Made by a program: the position numbers and the translations under genes
Notes under the pieces: generated by a model
Told to the model about the DNA's origin: nothing
Seen by the model: only the letters and a program-made list of their open reading frames with translations
Databases searched by the model: none
Part shown: piece after piece, positions 1 through 11,584 of the stretch
How positions within the stretch are numbered: position 1 is the first letter of the stretch
Layout of the letters: each line of letters begins with the position of its first letter
Source: Octopus sinensis
Lineage: Eukaryota
Assembly: GCF_006345805.1 (NCBI RefSeq)
Contig: NC_043004.1
Coordinates: 27,404,001 to 27,468,000, forward strand
Reading direction: 5' to 3'
DNA length: 64,000 nt

Positions 1-36
1 ACATACACACACATGCATGCACATTGGCAATGTGTT

Positions 37-165
37 TCTGTCAGCTTCCAGTAACCGGATCCACTCATAAGGGTTTGGTTAGCTAGCAGCTATAGCAGAA
101 GACACTTGCCCAAAGTATTATATAGTGAAACTGAACCCCAAATGATGTATCTTAGCACTCGGGCA
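37..165 (-). mobile_element. Degenerate 5' part of tRNA-derived SINE (TAAAAGAG-tail family)
   Basis: Aligns by eye to 35070-35200 and to the reverse complement of 48240-48400 (ctatagcagaagacacttgcccaa motif). Confidence 0.6.
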
Positions 166-549
166 TACCTGTGTGATAGACATACCTGTACCTGTGTGTG
201 CATTTGTGTATGTGTGTGTGTATATGCACAGAAAAATACATATATATATATCCCTCTTTATTTGTTCTCTACTTATTATTTCTTTACCCCTTCTCTTCCT
301 AGTGTCTGCCTTTGACGTCAAATCTACTAACGTTTTTTTTAAATACTTAATAGCGTTCTGTTTATCATTTATGCAGTCATCAAAATTGTTATAATGTCTT
401 GTTGTTGAGAGAGGCTCTCTTTCTTTCCTGATGAGAAGATTACATTTTTACACCGTTTATTCCTTTGGAATAAAACCGATGTTGTCTTCGAAACATATGT
501 TGAAAGTAAAAGAATTTGAATAGCATCTACGTTCAACTCCATTTATTTA

Positions 550-610
<61 letters not shown>

Positions 611-621
611 GGATAGATAGT

Positions 622-698
<77 letters not shown>

Positions 699-699
699 C

Positions 700-733
<34 letters not shown>

Positions 734-745
734 GGGAGAGAGATA
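550..745. repeat. Compound microsatellite (TA)n(GA)n(GATA)n
   Basis: Directly visible. Confidence 0.98.
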
Positions 746-1109
746 CAGAAAAAGAGAGGTACACACATAGCTCTATTCTTTGTTATGGCCTGATTTTTTT
801 ATGGCTGTATGCCCTTCCAAATGCCAACCACTGATTGTATATTGGTTTTCATGGCATCAGTATTAGTGGGATCACCAAATAACTTGCAAGACAAGACAAA
901 GTCCCCTCAAATAGGAGGATTAGTATTGAGGTAGGTGGCTTTGTGTCAGAAGATGAGAGGTTAAAAGAGATAGAGATAGGTGTTTTGCTTTAGAAGAAAT
1001 ACAAGAATACTCCAGTTGGGGAAAAAGAGAGAAAGAGAGACTTAGGAATCTGGAGATGTAGAGAGTGACAGAGATGTGGAAGGATATGTATCAGGATAAC
1101 CTTCAAGCT

Positions 1110-2065
1110 CAACAAATGCTAAGTACAATGGTTTATTCTTAAGTAAATACTTTTTTTGTAGTTGCCTGGATATGAAAACAGCATCCATAGAGTTTCTCCC
1201 TAACAAAAGGCCAACCTGAATTTTATCTAGCCAAATTCTGTTTCCAATTATTTTGACTTATAACTCACTCTGCAACTTCCAGCAATTTGATGCGTCTATA
1301 ATTACTTCTATCTTAAGCATCTTTCTTACTCTTGTAGCAGAAGACTGTGATGCTGCTACACCAGTCACTGGGGATTGTACCTTCCTGAATAATCTGAATA
1401 ACTATACAGATGACAAGACCATATTGTACCCTCCCAGATATTTTAAGCCTCTCAGCAATAACTCCTGATTCCTTGTCTAAATACTTTTAATTATCTTATC
1501 TCTCATACTGCTGTCGACTAGGATAGCTGGTCCTTCTGTTGGTTTCACATAGGAAAGATTGCGTTTCTCCTATTCATTCTTCACATTTAATAGCCTTTCA
1601 TATTAGCTCTTCTGTGCCTCTTTCTTTTTCAGAATCATAAATGCAAGCATACCATTATCCATGACTGTTGAAGTCACCAGCTATGATGATAACATCACTG
1701 TTTTTTGTTGTCAAGGTAGTATGTAGAATGGATTCACAGAAATAGTTTTTCTGATCATCTGTCAGTCCTACATATGGGGCATATGCAAGGATAGAGGTTA
1801 CTATTACATTGAATAAGCTATTTTTTTTGCTTAATGCTCCTATCATGTACCCTGATTACCTAACTAACCTTAACAACCCATTTCTCTGCTGGAAGAATAC
1901 CCACACCACCTACTCCATTACTGCTACCCACCCAGAAGAATTTGTATTTATGTTCCTTGCCCCAAAAGCAGTCTAGTTGAGGCTCCCCTCCATCGTACTT
2001 CTTGTACACATCTACACACCTCCACTTGGGCTTTTCGACTACCTTGCCTGATAGAAAGGCCCTAT
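1110..2065 (-). mobile_element. Decayed RTE LINE apurinic endonuclease region
   Basis: Minus-strand ORF pieces KFFWVGSSNGVGGVGIL and AYAPYVGLTDDQKNYF...IIIAGDFNSHG carry APE motifs (AYAP, GDFN); similar to 45873-46075. Confidence 0.75.
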
Positions 2066-2510
2066 ACAAATATCTCAGACAGAAATTGCAATTTATTTAC
2101 TATTATTACTTATAAACTATGTAGGTTAATTGATAAAGAGCCCCTCTCTAGTATCTCTGACAGAAATTGAAAGTAATTTGCCATTAGTACCTGCAAGAGA
2201 AATGGATAGATTGATAGAGACACTTCAATAATATCTCAAACAGAAATTTGGAGGTATATGACATTAATACAATAAGGTGAATGAGTAAATATAGACAGAT
2301 AGAAAGGGAGGTAATATTATAACTACTATTAGTAGTTATTCAATTCTGACAGAAAAAATATGGTGTATTGAAAGATGTGAGGGACTGATGGAAATTTTCA
2401 ATGCAATGAGGCAATTATTTTATTACAAGCAGCAACAATGGCAGATGGGTTAAAAAAATACATAAAAATAATTAATTTACTTAACATGTATATATATATA
2501 TATATGACCT

Positions 2511-2707
2511 TGTGTGTACCGTTGGCGATTTTTTTCCTCTGTCTTCCCTTCTCTGGATCTTTCCTTCTCCTATGTTTCCGACGAAGAGCTCCGCTCTAAA
2601 CGTTAAACCCTCTTTCTCTCCTTCTTTCCTGAGCGTCCAATAATACTATATTTGTTCCACGTCCTCGCATTGTTGTGTTTCTTTGTGCTTTCTTGTTTGG
2701 ATTAACT
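2511..2707 (+). mobile_element. ~200-bp Penelope-like terminal-repeat (pLTR) element with minimal hammerhead motif
   Basis: Near-identical copy at 5807-6002 and partial inverted copy at 44318-44410; contains ccgacga-a-gagc-tcc-gctc-taaac-gtt-aaac; TA-rich flanks. Confidence 0.65.
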
Positions 2708-2723
2708 AATATAATATGTATAT

Positions 2724-3030
2724 TCCTGGTTTGGGAATCGAATTCACAACCTCATGATTGTAAACCTAATGCTCTAACCACTGATCCATGCCAGGATGTG
2801 TGTTGTATTCTTGAGCAAGACACTTCATTTCATATTGCTTCTGTTCACTCAGCTGTAGAAATGAGTTGTGTCATCACTGATGCCAAGCTGTCTTTCCCTT
2901 GGACAACATCAGTAGAGAGACTTATATGCATGGGTGACAAATGGTTTTCCATGAACTACCTTGCACAGACTTGTAGCTTGGCAGGGGGAACTTTCTCATT
3001 GCAATCCCATGGTCATTCATGATTGAAGAG
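2724..3030 (+). mobile_element. tRNA-derived SINE with inverted 5' head
   Basis: Body 2791-3030 matches the reverse complement of 42300-42520; head 2724-2790 matches the same family but in the opposite orientation. Confidence 0.7.
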
Positions 3031-4088
3031 TATCTTTATCCTTTTTTATATTCCTGGCTTCTTCTGATTGATAAAGCAGGTCATTGGTAAGAAGTATACT
3101 GGTCAGTTGACCTGTTCCAAGGAAGCTATTAACGAGTCCCTCCTTTGATCTTACAAAAGTAATAAAGGTAGATCAACCACTGTCTCAAGCAAGACACTTA
3201 TGATGTTACCAGTGGAAATCAACTTGGGGGAATCTTATCTGAGAGAAATAAAATAAGTAATGAGGAGAGAATGATTTAACTCAGTTCCAGGTTCAAGTGG
3301 AATTCTATACAATGTCTACAAAATTGTCCAAAGCTACCCCACTGAATGTGGAAGGCTCTGAAGTGAGTTGGAGGTGAAGTAGATTACCCAATCATGGAGA
3401 TATGCTGAAGGGGCACACTTTCCACAAGAGGAAAGAACTGAAAAATCAAATAAATAAACTAAGAACATCAAATAATCAAACAACCCACCAACACTATGCT
3501 TAACATGTACAGAAAGATTTTCATCAGCATTTTGCCCTAGAGATTTTCCAGCTGTCTACCGAATAATAGTTACATTGACACTTTGATATAGAAGATGGGC
3601 ATATCAGAAAGCCTTGGTTTCCACAAACATATTGGCCAGGTAACCCAGCTTATATAAATGCATGACAAAACAGGAGACCTAGCTGTATGATAAAGATGGC
3701 ATAGTGAATGAGAATGAGACAGATGGGCAGAGAAAGAGATAAATCATAAGAGTATATGTGTGTGTATATATTTATGACATTTAACTGAAAACATTCTGTA
3801 TGTGTTATGTTTATGTATCTCAAATAGTTCTTAATAAATGAAAAGATCAATTTCTGTTTGATTTTACTTTTATATTTACGGCTGCCATTTTCTATCATCT
3901 TCATAGAAATTGTCTATACACTGGATAAAGATGCATAATGTCTGCTAATATAGGTAAGTTTATAACATACCCTTCACTTCAAAATGCTTGTGTACATGAT
4001 AACATATAACTAAGGTTGTTAACAGCATATGTACATGTGCATGTGCTTGTGTGAGTATGAATGTGTGTGTATTTATATATATATAGCT

Positions 4089-4119
<31 letters not shown>

Positions 4120-4769
4120 AAACTCAACTTGTGTGTCTGTGTGTTTAACTTCCCAGCACATCTCCTCCTAGCCAACAAATCGTAGAACCACCAAAAATGG
4201 GTCACTTAAAGTTTAGGTGAATGAAAATTGAACTGCGCTATTTCTGTTCCGAAATTCATCTCGCAAGTGCAAAAATCGATAATGTGTTTGTTTAGACCTT
4301 ATCCCATGCATTGAATAGTGAACTTCACTCAGTCAGCTGTTTGACGTGAACTGTGTTCACCACGCATGCAAGCATGTGTAAATTGCATGAAAAATAAAAA
4401 ATCAAGATATAAAAACGAATCGCTGTAAACATTGTAGAAATTCGGCAAAGAAATGAATTTTCGGGATGTAGCCTGGAGGGTTTTTTTGTATTAATCGTTT
4501 GGAATTTGTGAACACATACCAATTGTTTTCATAACATTTTTAACGCTTTGAATTAAATGTGACCATTTTGTGTTGAGTCTGCAGTTTGAATCACTAACTA
4601 AATTTTAGCAGGCCAGATTTTTGATCATCACGATACATCACCAGTGACTCTCTGTAACTCTCTCCTGATATCCCCATTGAGAAATCTATTATATATATAA
4701 TAATACTTTGAATGTGACTCCTGAAAAAGAGTAAAAGTAATTATCCGATGAACGAAGGGTATTACTGCT

Positions 4770-4869
4770 AGTATATATATGTATGTATGTATGTATATAT
4801 GTATGTATGTATGTATGTATATATGTATGTATGTATGTATGTATATATATATATATTATATATATATAT

Positions 4870-4929
<60 letters not shown>

Positions 4930-5080
4930 GAGAGTTCACGAAAAAAACAAAAGATGAAGACAGGTGGTGTACAAAACAAACAGATGTATTAGTATAACAC
5001 TCAGGTATAGAGAAAGTCTTTTACATTTCGAGCCTATGCTCTTCTACAAAAAGGGACACAGAAAAAAACAAGGAGAGAAA

Positions 5081-5174
<94 letters not shown>

Positions 5175-5226
5175 GTGTATATATATATCATATTTATGTA
5201 TATATATATATATATGTGTATATATA
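4770..5226. repeat. (TA)n/(TATG)n microsatellite tract with embedded insert
   Basis: Directly visible; interrupted at about 4928-5080. Confidence 0.95.
4928..5080 (-). mobile_element. Second-subfamily Penelope-like pLTR fragment with degenerate hammerhead
   Basis: Reverse complement contains cttttt-gtaga-a-gagc-atag-gctc-gaaat-gta-aaag, the same architecture as the 2511 and 5807 elements. Confidence 0.5.
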
Positions 5227-5740
5227 TCATCATCATCATCATCATCATCATTTAACGTCCGCTTTCCATGCTAGCATGGGTTGGACGGTTCAACTGGGGT
5301 CTGGGGAGCCCGAAAGCTGCACCAGTCCAGTCAGATCTGGCAGTGTTTCTACAGCTGGATGCCCTTCCTAACGCCAATCACTCCGAGAGTGTAGTGGGTG
5401 ATTTTATGTGCCACCGACACAGGTGCCAGACGAGGCTGGCAAACGGCCACGCTCGGATGGTGTTTTTTTTATGTGCCACCGACACAGGTGCCAGACGAGG
5501 CTGGCAGACGGCCACGCTCGGATGGCGTTTTTATGTGCCACCGACACAGGTGCCAGATGAGGCTGGCAAACGGCCACGATCGGATGGTGTTTGTTACGTG
5601 CCCACAGCACGGAGGCCAGTCGATGTGGTACTGGCTACGGCCACGTTCGGATGGTTTTCTTGTGTGCCACGTGCCACCGGCACTGGTACCACAAAGATAC
5701 AAATTCCATTGATGTTCATCTATTTTGATTTGTTTTGATT
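5227..5740 (-). mobile_element. Young 5'-truncated RTE LINE 3' UTR with internal ~60-bp repeats and (ATG)n tail
   Basis: About 98% identical by eye to the reverse complement of 34540-35055; (CAT)n at 5227-5251; (TA)n on both flanks. Confidence 0.9.
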
Positions 5741-5747
5741 TATATAT

Positions 5748-5803
<56 letters not shown>

Positions 5804-5806
5804 ATA

Positions 5807-6002
5807 TGTACCATTGTCGATTTTTTTTTCCTCTGTCTTCCCTTCTCTGGATCTTTCCTTCTCCTATGTTTCCAATGAAGAGCTCCGCTCGAAACGTTAA
5901 ACCTCCTTCTTTCCTTCTTTCCTGAGTGTCCAATAATACTATATTTGTTCCATGTCCTCGCGTTGTTGTGTTTTTTTTTGTGCTTTCTTGTTTGGATTAA
6001 CT
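5807..6002 (+). mobile_element. ~200-bp Penelope-like pLTR element with minimal hammerhead motif (copy 2)
   Basis: Copy of 2511-2707; motif ccaatga-a-gagc-tcc-gctc-gaaac-gtt-aaac; (TA)n flanks. Confidence 0.65.
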
Positions 6003-6284
6003 TTATATATATATATAGAGAGAGAAAGATAGATAGATAGTTAGATATACACACACACCTACAGAAAGATATATACAAATATAAATATACACATCTATAA
6101 TGGGTAGGAATATGTCAAAAAGTGTATAATAGATACAGACAATTAGTGCTCTGATGCTTTGAAGCCATTAACAAATTAACAATTGCCTCTCCAACTTTTA
6201 TTTTCTGATACTAATGCACACACACACACATACACACACAACACACACACACAAATGCACACACACACATGCACATACACACAT

Positions 6285-7420
6285 ACAGAGGTTACATGGT
6301 GTATTTGGGGACCCTTAATTATCAGTATGTTACTTTTTTTCAAACCAATCAAAAGGTTTCTATTTCTTTCAGATCCCTCAAGGCAAATATAACACTAACA
6401 CAAGGAAGAAAAATCTTGCAGTCATTGTTGCAATATATACAGAGCATTGATTTAGAAATTGCCAACTTTCTAAATGTTACAAGATCTTTTGTACTCAAAT
6501 TTCGGATGGAACAGGAAGCCTCTGGCAGGAATGTTTCTACTAAATCCAAAAGAGATAAAAAAACACACTCTAAACATTCATACAATATAAGGTCACCATA
6601 GTTCACCTAAAATATTCAAAGCATCAATGATGATGCTGAAAAATCAATAAGGGTCATCACCAAGGAACTTCTGCTATTGGAAAGGACTATCAGAACTTTG
6701 GTGTATGAGGACATTTGATACAAGTTGTTAGTACTGAGAAGCTAATTCATGTCTGCAAAGACACATGAATACCAACTGATCCATGCCAAGCTGTTATATA
6801 ATAAGGTTAAATCCTCATGAATGTAGCATACTTTAGTTCTTTTCTGATGAGAAAAACATTGAGTAAGACCAAAAGGCTAATTGAAAAAATGGCAACTAGT
6901 TGTGAGCAGGTTCTGCTGTTGTCTCCTGAATGAAGTGTATTAATCTTCCAGTGACAATAATGGTTTTTTGAGGGATGGATTACAAAGATCATGCCATCTC
7001 TCATTTTCCCACCATGCCTTATAATTAATGCTGCTAGATATGCTGGTGTGCTGGAGACACTTAAGCTCTGAATGGATGATGAAGTATGCAGTAGAAGGCC
7101 ATATGAGTTTCAGCAAGACACAACACTTTCTGACAAAGTCCCTGTAACTCAAAAACTGATGGCAGGCAATTTTATGATCATATATTACCAAATTTATGCC
7201 CTCCTAATTCACCAGATCTTAATTCCATGGACTACTACATTTGAAACATTGTTGAAAGGGAGATTAATTGACATCCTTACAATATCAAAGATTTACAGCA
7301 GACTTCCATTGTTCAGATGATGTTCTGAATGATTAAGAAACATTTAATGCAGGTATGTCAATGATTCTGGTCCTGCATTGAAGCAGTTATTGAAGTTTAT
7401 GGCAGATTTATAGAATAATC
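6285..7420 (+). mobile_element. Decayed Tc1/mariner (maT/DD37D-like) DNA transposon
   Basis: Fragments DLEIANFLNVTRSFVLKFRMEQEASG and RRPYEFQQDTTLSDK...NSPDLNSMDYY across frameshifts resemble DD37D-type transposases. Confidence 0.75.
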
Positions 7421-7569
7421 TTATAAGAAAGCTTATTGAGAACATACATACGACCATGTATAGGTGTGGTCGTATGGTTCTGTGGTTAAAGCATTTGCTT
7501 TACAGCCACTTGGCTTTTCATTGGGTTCAGCCTCACTTTGTGACTTCTCAGATAAGTTTCTTCTACTAG

Positions 7570-8017
7570 TCTTTCATGACTATTCTCCAAACCTTCTCAA
7601 CTGGCTACTCATTTTGGCTTGTGGATGATCTGCCTGAGAATGTCACGCTCTCCACTGAGGTGCGTCCATGTTTGAAGTGGTTGTGCCACTCCTTGATCTG
7701 AGTTTTGCCCATGACATCATCACCAGAGGCCTCCTGAATCTTCTGGATGGTTTGAGTTAAAGAATTACCAAGCTTTTAGCAAAACTTGATGCAATATCTC
7801 TGCTCAGTGTGTTGGACCATCTTGTGTTCAAACAAAAATCTAAACAAGTGTGCACTACACTTGTACTCTAAGTGTAACAACCAGGAACTGACAAAGCCTA
7901 CCAGCATGAAAAATTTCACACAAGCACAGGAAGTGGGGCATCAAAGGATTTTGCCTTTGCAGTATTAGTTTCAGCAGGAAAAAATAGAGTTGGACACTTT
8001 TTTAAATGCACTTCACA
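7570..8017 (-). mobile_element. mariner 5' fragment (transposase N-terminal HTH and TIR remnant)
   Basis: Minus-strand translation EQRYCIKFC*KLGNSLTQTIQKIQEASGDDVMGKTQIKEWHNHFKHGRTSVES. Confidence 0.75.
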
Positions 8018-8241
8018 TCTTTTAAAATTTTTGACAGATAGGAGAGAATAAGTACAAGAGAGAAAGGTACTAAACCCACACTCGATTTATTCAACCATAA
8101 ACCACAATTTTTTTAATTCTTTCTTCATTTTTTTCATATGGTCTTTTATTATTATTTTATGAAATAATATTTTTTTATTACATTTTTTCCATCTTTTTAT
8201 ATTTTGTTTCATTTATATATATGTATACCACCACCACCACC

Positions 8242-8273
<32 letters not shown>

Positions 8274-9065
8274 CAACACTAGCACAGCACATAACACTAC
8301 GATGGGAAAAGTCATGTTAGATATCCAATACATCTATTTATCCACACATCATGATTATGAAGTAATTCTATCTTTTATAACTACTTTTCTTTGTCCAGAG
8401 CTGGACATGAACATACAATATCATGGTAAATAAGTAAAAAAAAGGGAAGGAAGGAGTCAAATATTTGGGAGCAGAGAATTGTATAAAATTGTTAGGAATA
8501 AAGCAAAGGAGAGGAGGAAGAAAGAGGTGGGGTTCCAGTAGATAGTTGCTGACTTTAAGGGGGAAAGGTTGTTATAAATATTAAGGTTGGGCAACCTTAC
8601 CATGTCAGCAGTAAACAAACACATTGGTGCACCCATGCATACACATGTACAGAGAATATTAAAAAGAATGTTAGAAGAAATGAAAGGGTCAAGAAGAAAA
8701 GAAAAGGAAGAGGTGAGCTAAACAGGTAATGCTTATTTTCTTTCACAATGCTTCATTCTGGACCTGTTGACCAGCATAAATTCTGTCTTGTAAAGAGACA
8801 AGCATGTTTTTATTGTATTTTGTCTTTACAGTTTGGTCAAATTATAAACAGTGGTACCTACAGTTGCAACAGGATCTCTCAGATAGATGGGACCATACAG
8901 AGGTGAAACCATCTATCACTAGATACATGCCTTTAAATTAGTTTCCTCACATAGTCTGTGGACCCAATCTCTCTCATAATGCCTGGGTCAACATAAGGTT
9001 TGAATAGAAGAGACATGCCCCCAAGAGCCATACAGTGGGAATAAAATTAGAACCTCCACCCATAA

Positions 9066-9227
9066 TCATCATCATCATCATCATTATCGTTTAACGTCCG
9101 CTTTCCATGCTAGCATGGGTTGGACGGTTCAACTGGGGTCTGGGAAGCCCGAAGGTTGCACCAGGCCAGTCAGATCTGGCAGTGTTTCTACAGCTGGATG
9201 CCCTTCCTAACGCCAACCACTCCGTGT
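9066..9227 (-). mobile_element. RTE LINE extreme 3' end
   Basis: (CAT)n followed by ttaacgtccgctttccatgctagcatgggttggacgg, matching 5227-5390. Confidence 0.85.
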
Positions 9228-9979
9228 TTGAGGTTGTTAATGTTTGTTTTTATATCAAGTTATAATAAAAACAATTTAACATTAAACCAAAGAATTACTC
9301 AATATGTTATTTTGCTGAGGATACGTATATTACATAAGAAAAACATGCTTATCTCTTTAAGTTCCAAGTTCACAACACTGCTAATTTTACTTGATTTTAG
9401 TAATCTTTCCGTTTACCCCTCTACCTGAGTTCAAATCCAACTCAGGTCAACTTTCTCCTTGTTTATAAGAACATACCAAATCTGGAACATTAGATTGATG
9501 AAATTACAAGAATATTGGGCTAGATGACTTGCTGTATTTGTTCTGATTCTTTTTGCATTCTGAGTTCAATTCTTGCATTATCTGTTACATGCATTCAGTG
9601 CAGGTCCCTTGTTTGAAAATCCTACATCTCCCCCTTGCACCAGTTACAGCTGCCCTGCAATGAGTCATGTGTACTACCTACTCTCTTGACTAAATGATAG
9701 AGTAAGAACCTCTTTCCTTACAAGCTACAGTACCATGCTCTTCAGAAGCAATATATCTTGTCTCTATTATCCAAGCTTACTTCAGAAATCATCAATGCCA
9801 TGGTAGTGACTAAATATGGCTCATGGAATTATTGCTGCAGCTGTATTTATGGTGTTTAGCTTCAATTTCAGCATTAGTCACTGCTTCATCAAATATTCAT
9901 GCCCCTATTTATTCCTCATGCTTGTTTAGTGGATATTATCTAAATACACACCCTGAATATATCCCTTAATATTAATAAC

Positions 9980-10103
9980 ACCACCACCACCACCACCACT
10001 ACCACCTCAACTGCTACATCACCACAACACTAATGTTCATTTATCTCATTATACTTCCTTTCTGAAATAGCCTATATCACACACACACACACACACGTGT
10101 GTA

Positions 10104-10144
<41 letters not shown>

Positions 10145-10312
10145 ATGTATACATATTTACATACTGTATGTGTGTACATGAACATACAATATCATTATTG
10201 TCATCATCATTTATATATGTATGTATAAATATACATATATATACACATACATAGATACATACATGTGCGTGTATGTGTGTGTTCTGTGTGTGTGTATGTG
10301 TGTGTTGTGTTT

Positions 10313-10367
<55 letters not shown>

Positions 10368-10380
10368 TTATCTATGTAGG
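9980..10380. repeat. (CAC)n, (CA)n, (TG)n compound microsatellites
   Basis: Directly visible. Confidence 0.95.
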
Positions 10381-10953
10381 TATGTAAATATCATCATTAC
10401 CATTTAATGTCTTTTTTCCATGCTTGCTTTGGTTAAAAAGTACACACACAAACACACACACTCTCTCTCTCTCTCACACACACACACATGCATATATGTA
10501 CAAGCTGTCTGTTTAGGAATTTTGCTTCCTGACTATATGGTTTTGGGTTCAGTACCATTGTGTAGCATCTTGGACAAGTTTCTTCTACTATGGCCCCAAC
10601 CTAACAAAATCCTTGTAACCGGATTTAGTAGACAGAGAGAGAGAGAGAAAGAGAGAAAAAAAAAGCCCATTATCTCTGTTAACAACTCTATTATGTTTTA
10701 CACACTATGGCTGGCTATAGGCAAAACAAAAATAAAAAACAATGGAAAATTCCACAACAGAATGAAGGCATGTGTCAACACAAGTAGCAAGCTCTCTGAA
10801 CATCTACTGCAAGAGGTGCCCATTCTATAGAAGTGTGTAATTCCCAAACAAGACTTAAAGCCACATCCACACTGATCATATTTAAGACTGGAAGTAGCAA
10901 GCCAGAGAATTGTACTATGCTTCAATGTCCACTATGGCATGTTTTCTAGGTTG

Positions 10954-11207
10954 TTTGTTTTGCATCCTTTTAAAGCCTAGCCAGGCTCATGAGCCCGGTT
11001 TCCTGGTTTCTATGGTGTATGTGTTCCCCAGCTGGACGGGACGTGAGTCCATCACAGCGTTACTCATTTTTGCCAGCTGAGTGGACTGGAGCAACGTGAA
11101 ATGAAATGTTTTGCTCAGGAACACAATGCATTGCCCAGTCTAAGAATCGAAACCACAATCTTACGCTCATGATGCTGACACCCTAACCACTAAGCCACGC
11201 GCCTCCA
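10954..11207 (-). mobile_element. tRNA-derived SINE with 16-bp target-site duplication
   Basis: TSD catgttttctaggttg at 10938-10953 and 11208-11223; minus-strand head has A-box (tggcttagtgg) and B-box (ggtttcgattc) like motifs. Confidence 0.85.
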
Positions 11208-11584
11208 CATGTTTTCTAGGTTGGGTGCTCTTCCTCCTGCCAACCACTTTACTGAGTATACTGGGTGCTTTTTCATGAAACCAACACTAGTGAGGTCTCC
11301 AATAATTTGCCAGATAAAAATGCATCCTCAATCGAGTGGAGTTATAATAGAGAGAGAGGGAGGAGAGAGAGATGGTATTATGTTAGATGTTGAGAGGACA
11401 AGCACTAGTGTCTTGCTATAAGAGAGATACACAGCTACCACACTGGATTTGGACCTTTAGCCTCTGCCTTACATTGAATGAGCACAGCTATTCTGATCAA
11501 AAATGATAAACTATACAATATGATGGAAAACAAAATAAAGCGGAAACATCATGAAGTGAGTGAAAGTGAATGAATGATGGAAAA

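Noticed and set aside
547-768. Many YI/HT/CV/SIYL-repeat ORFs throughout the window
   Set aside because: They are translations of di- and tetranucleotide microsatellites.
5545-5575. ccagatgag-gctgg-caaac in the RTE monomer resembles a hammerhead core
   Set aside because: U4 and G12 are wrong, no stem II/III consistent with the core forms, and other monomers read gacgag.
5268-5933. ORFs of 100-160 aa across the RTE 3' UTR repeats (also 32527-35027 and 59090-59942)
   Set aside because: They arise from stop-poor GC-rich tandem monomers, occur on both strands and in several frames, and have no recognisable domain.
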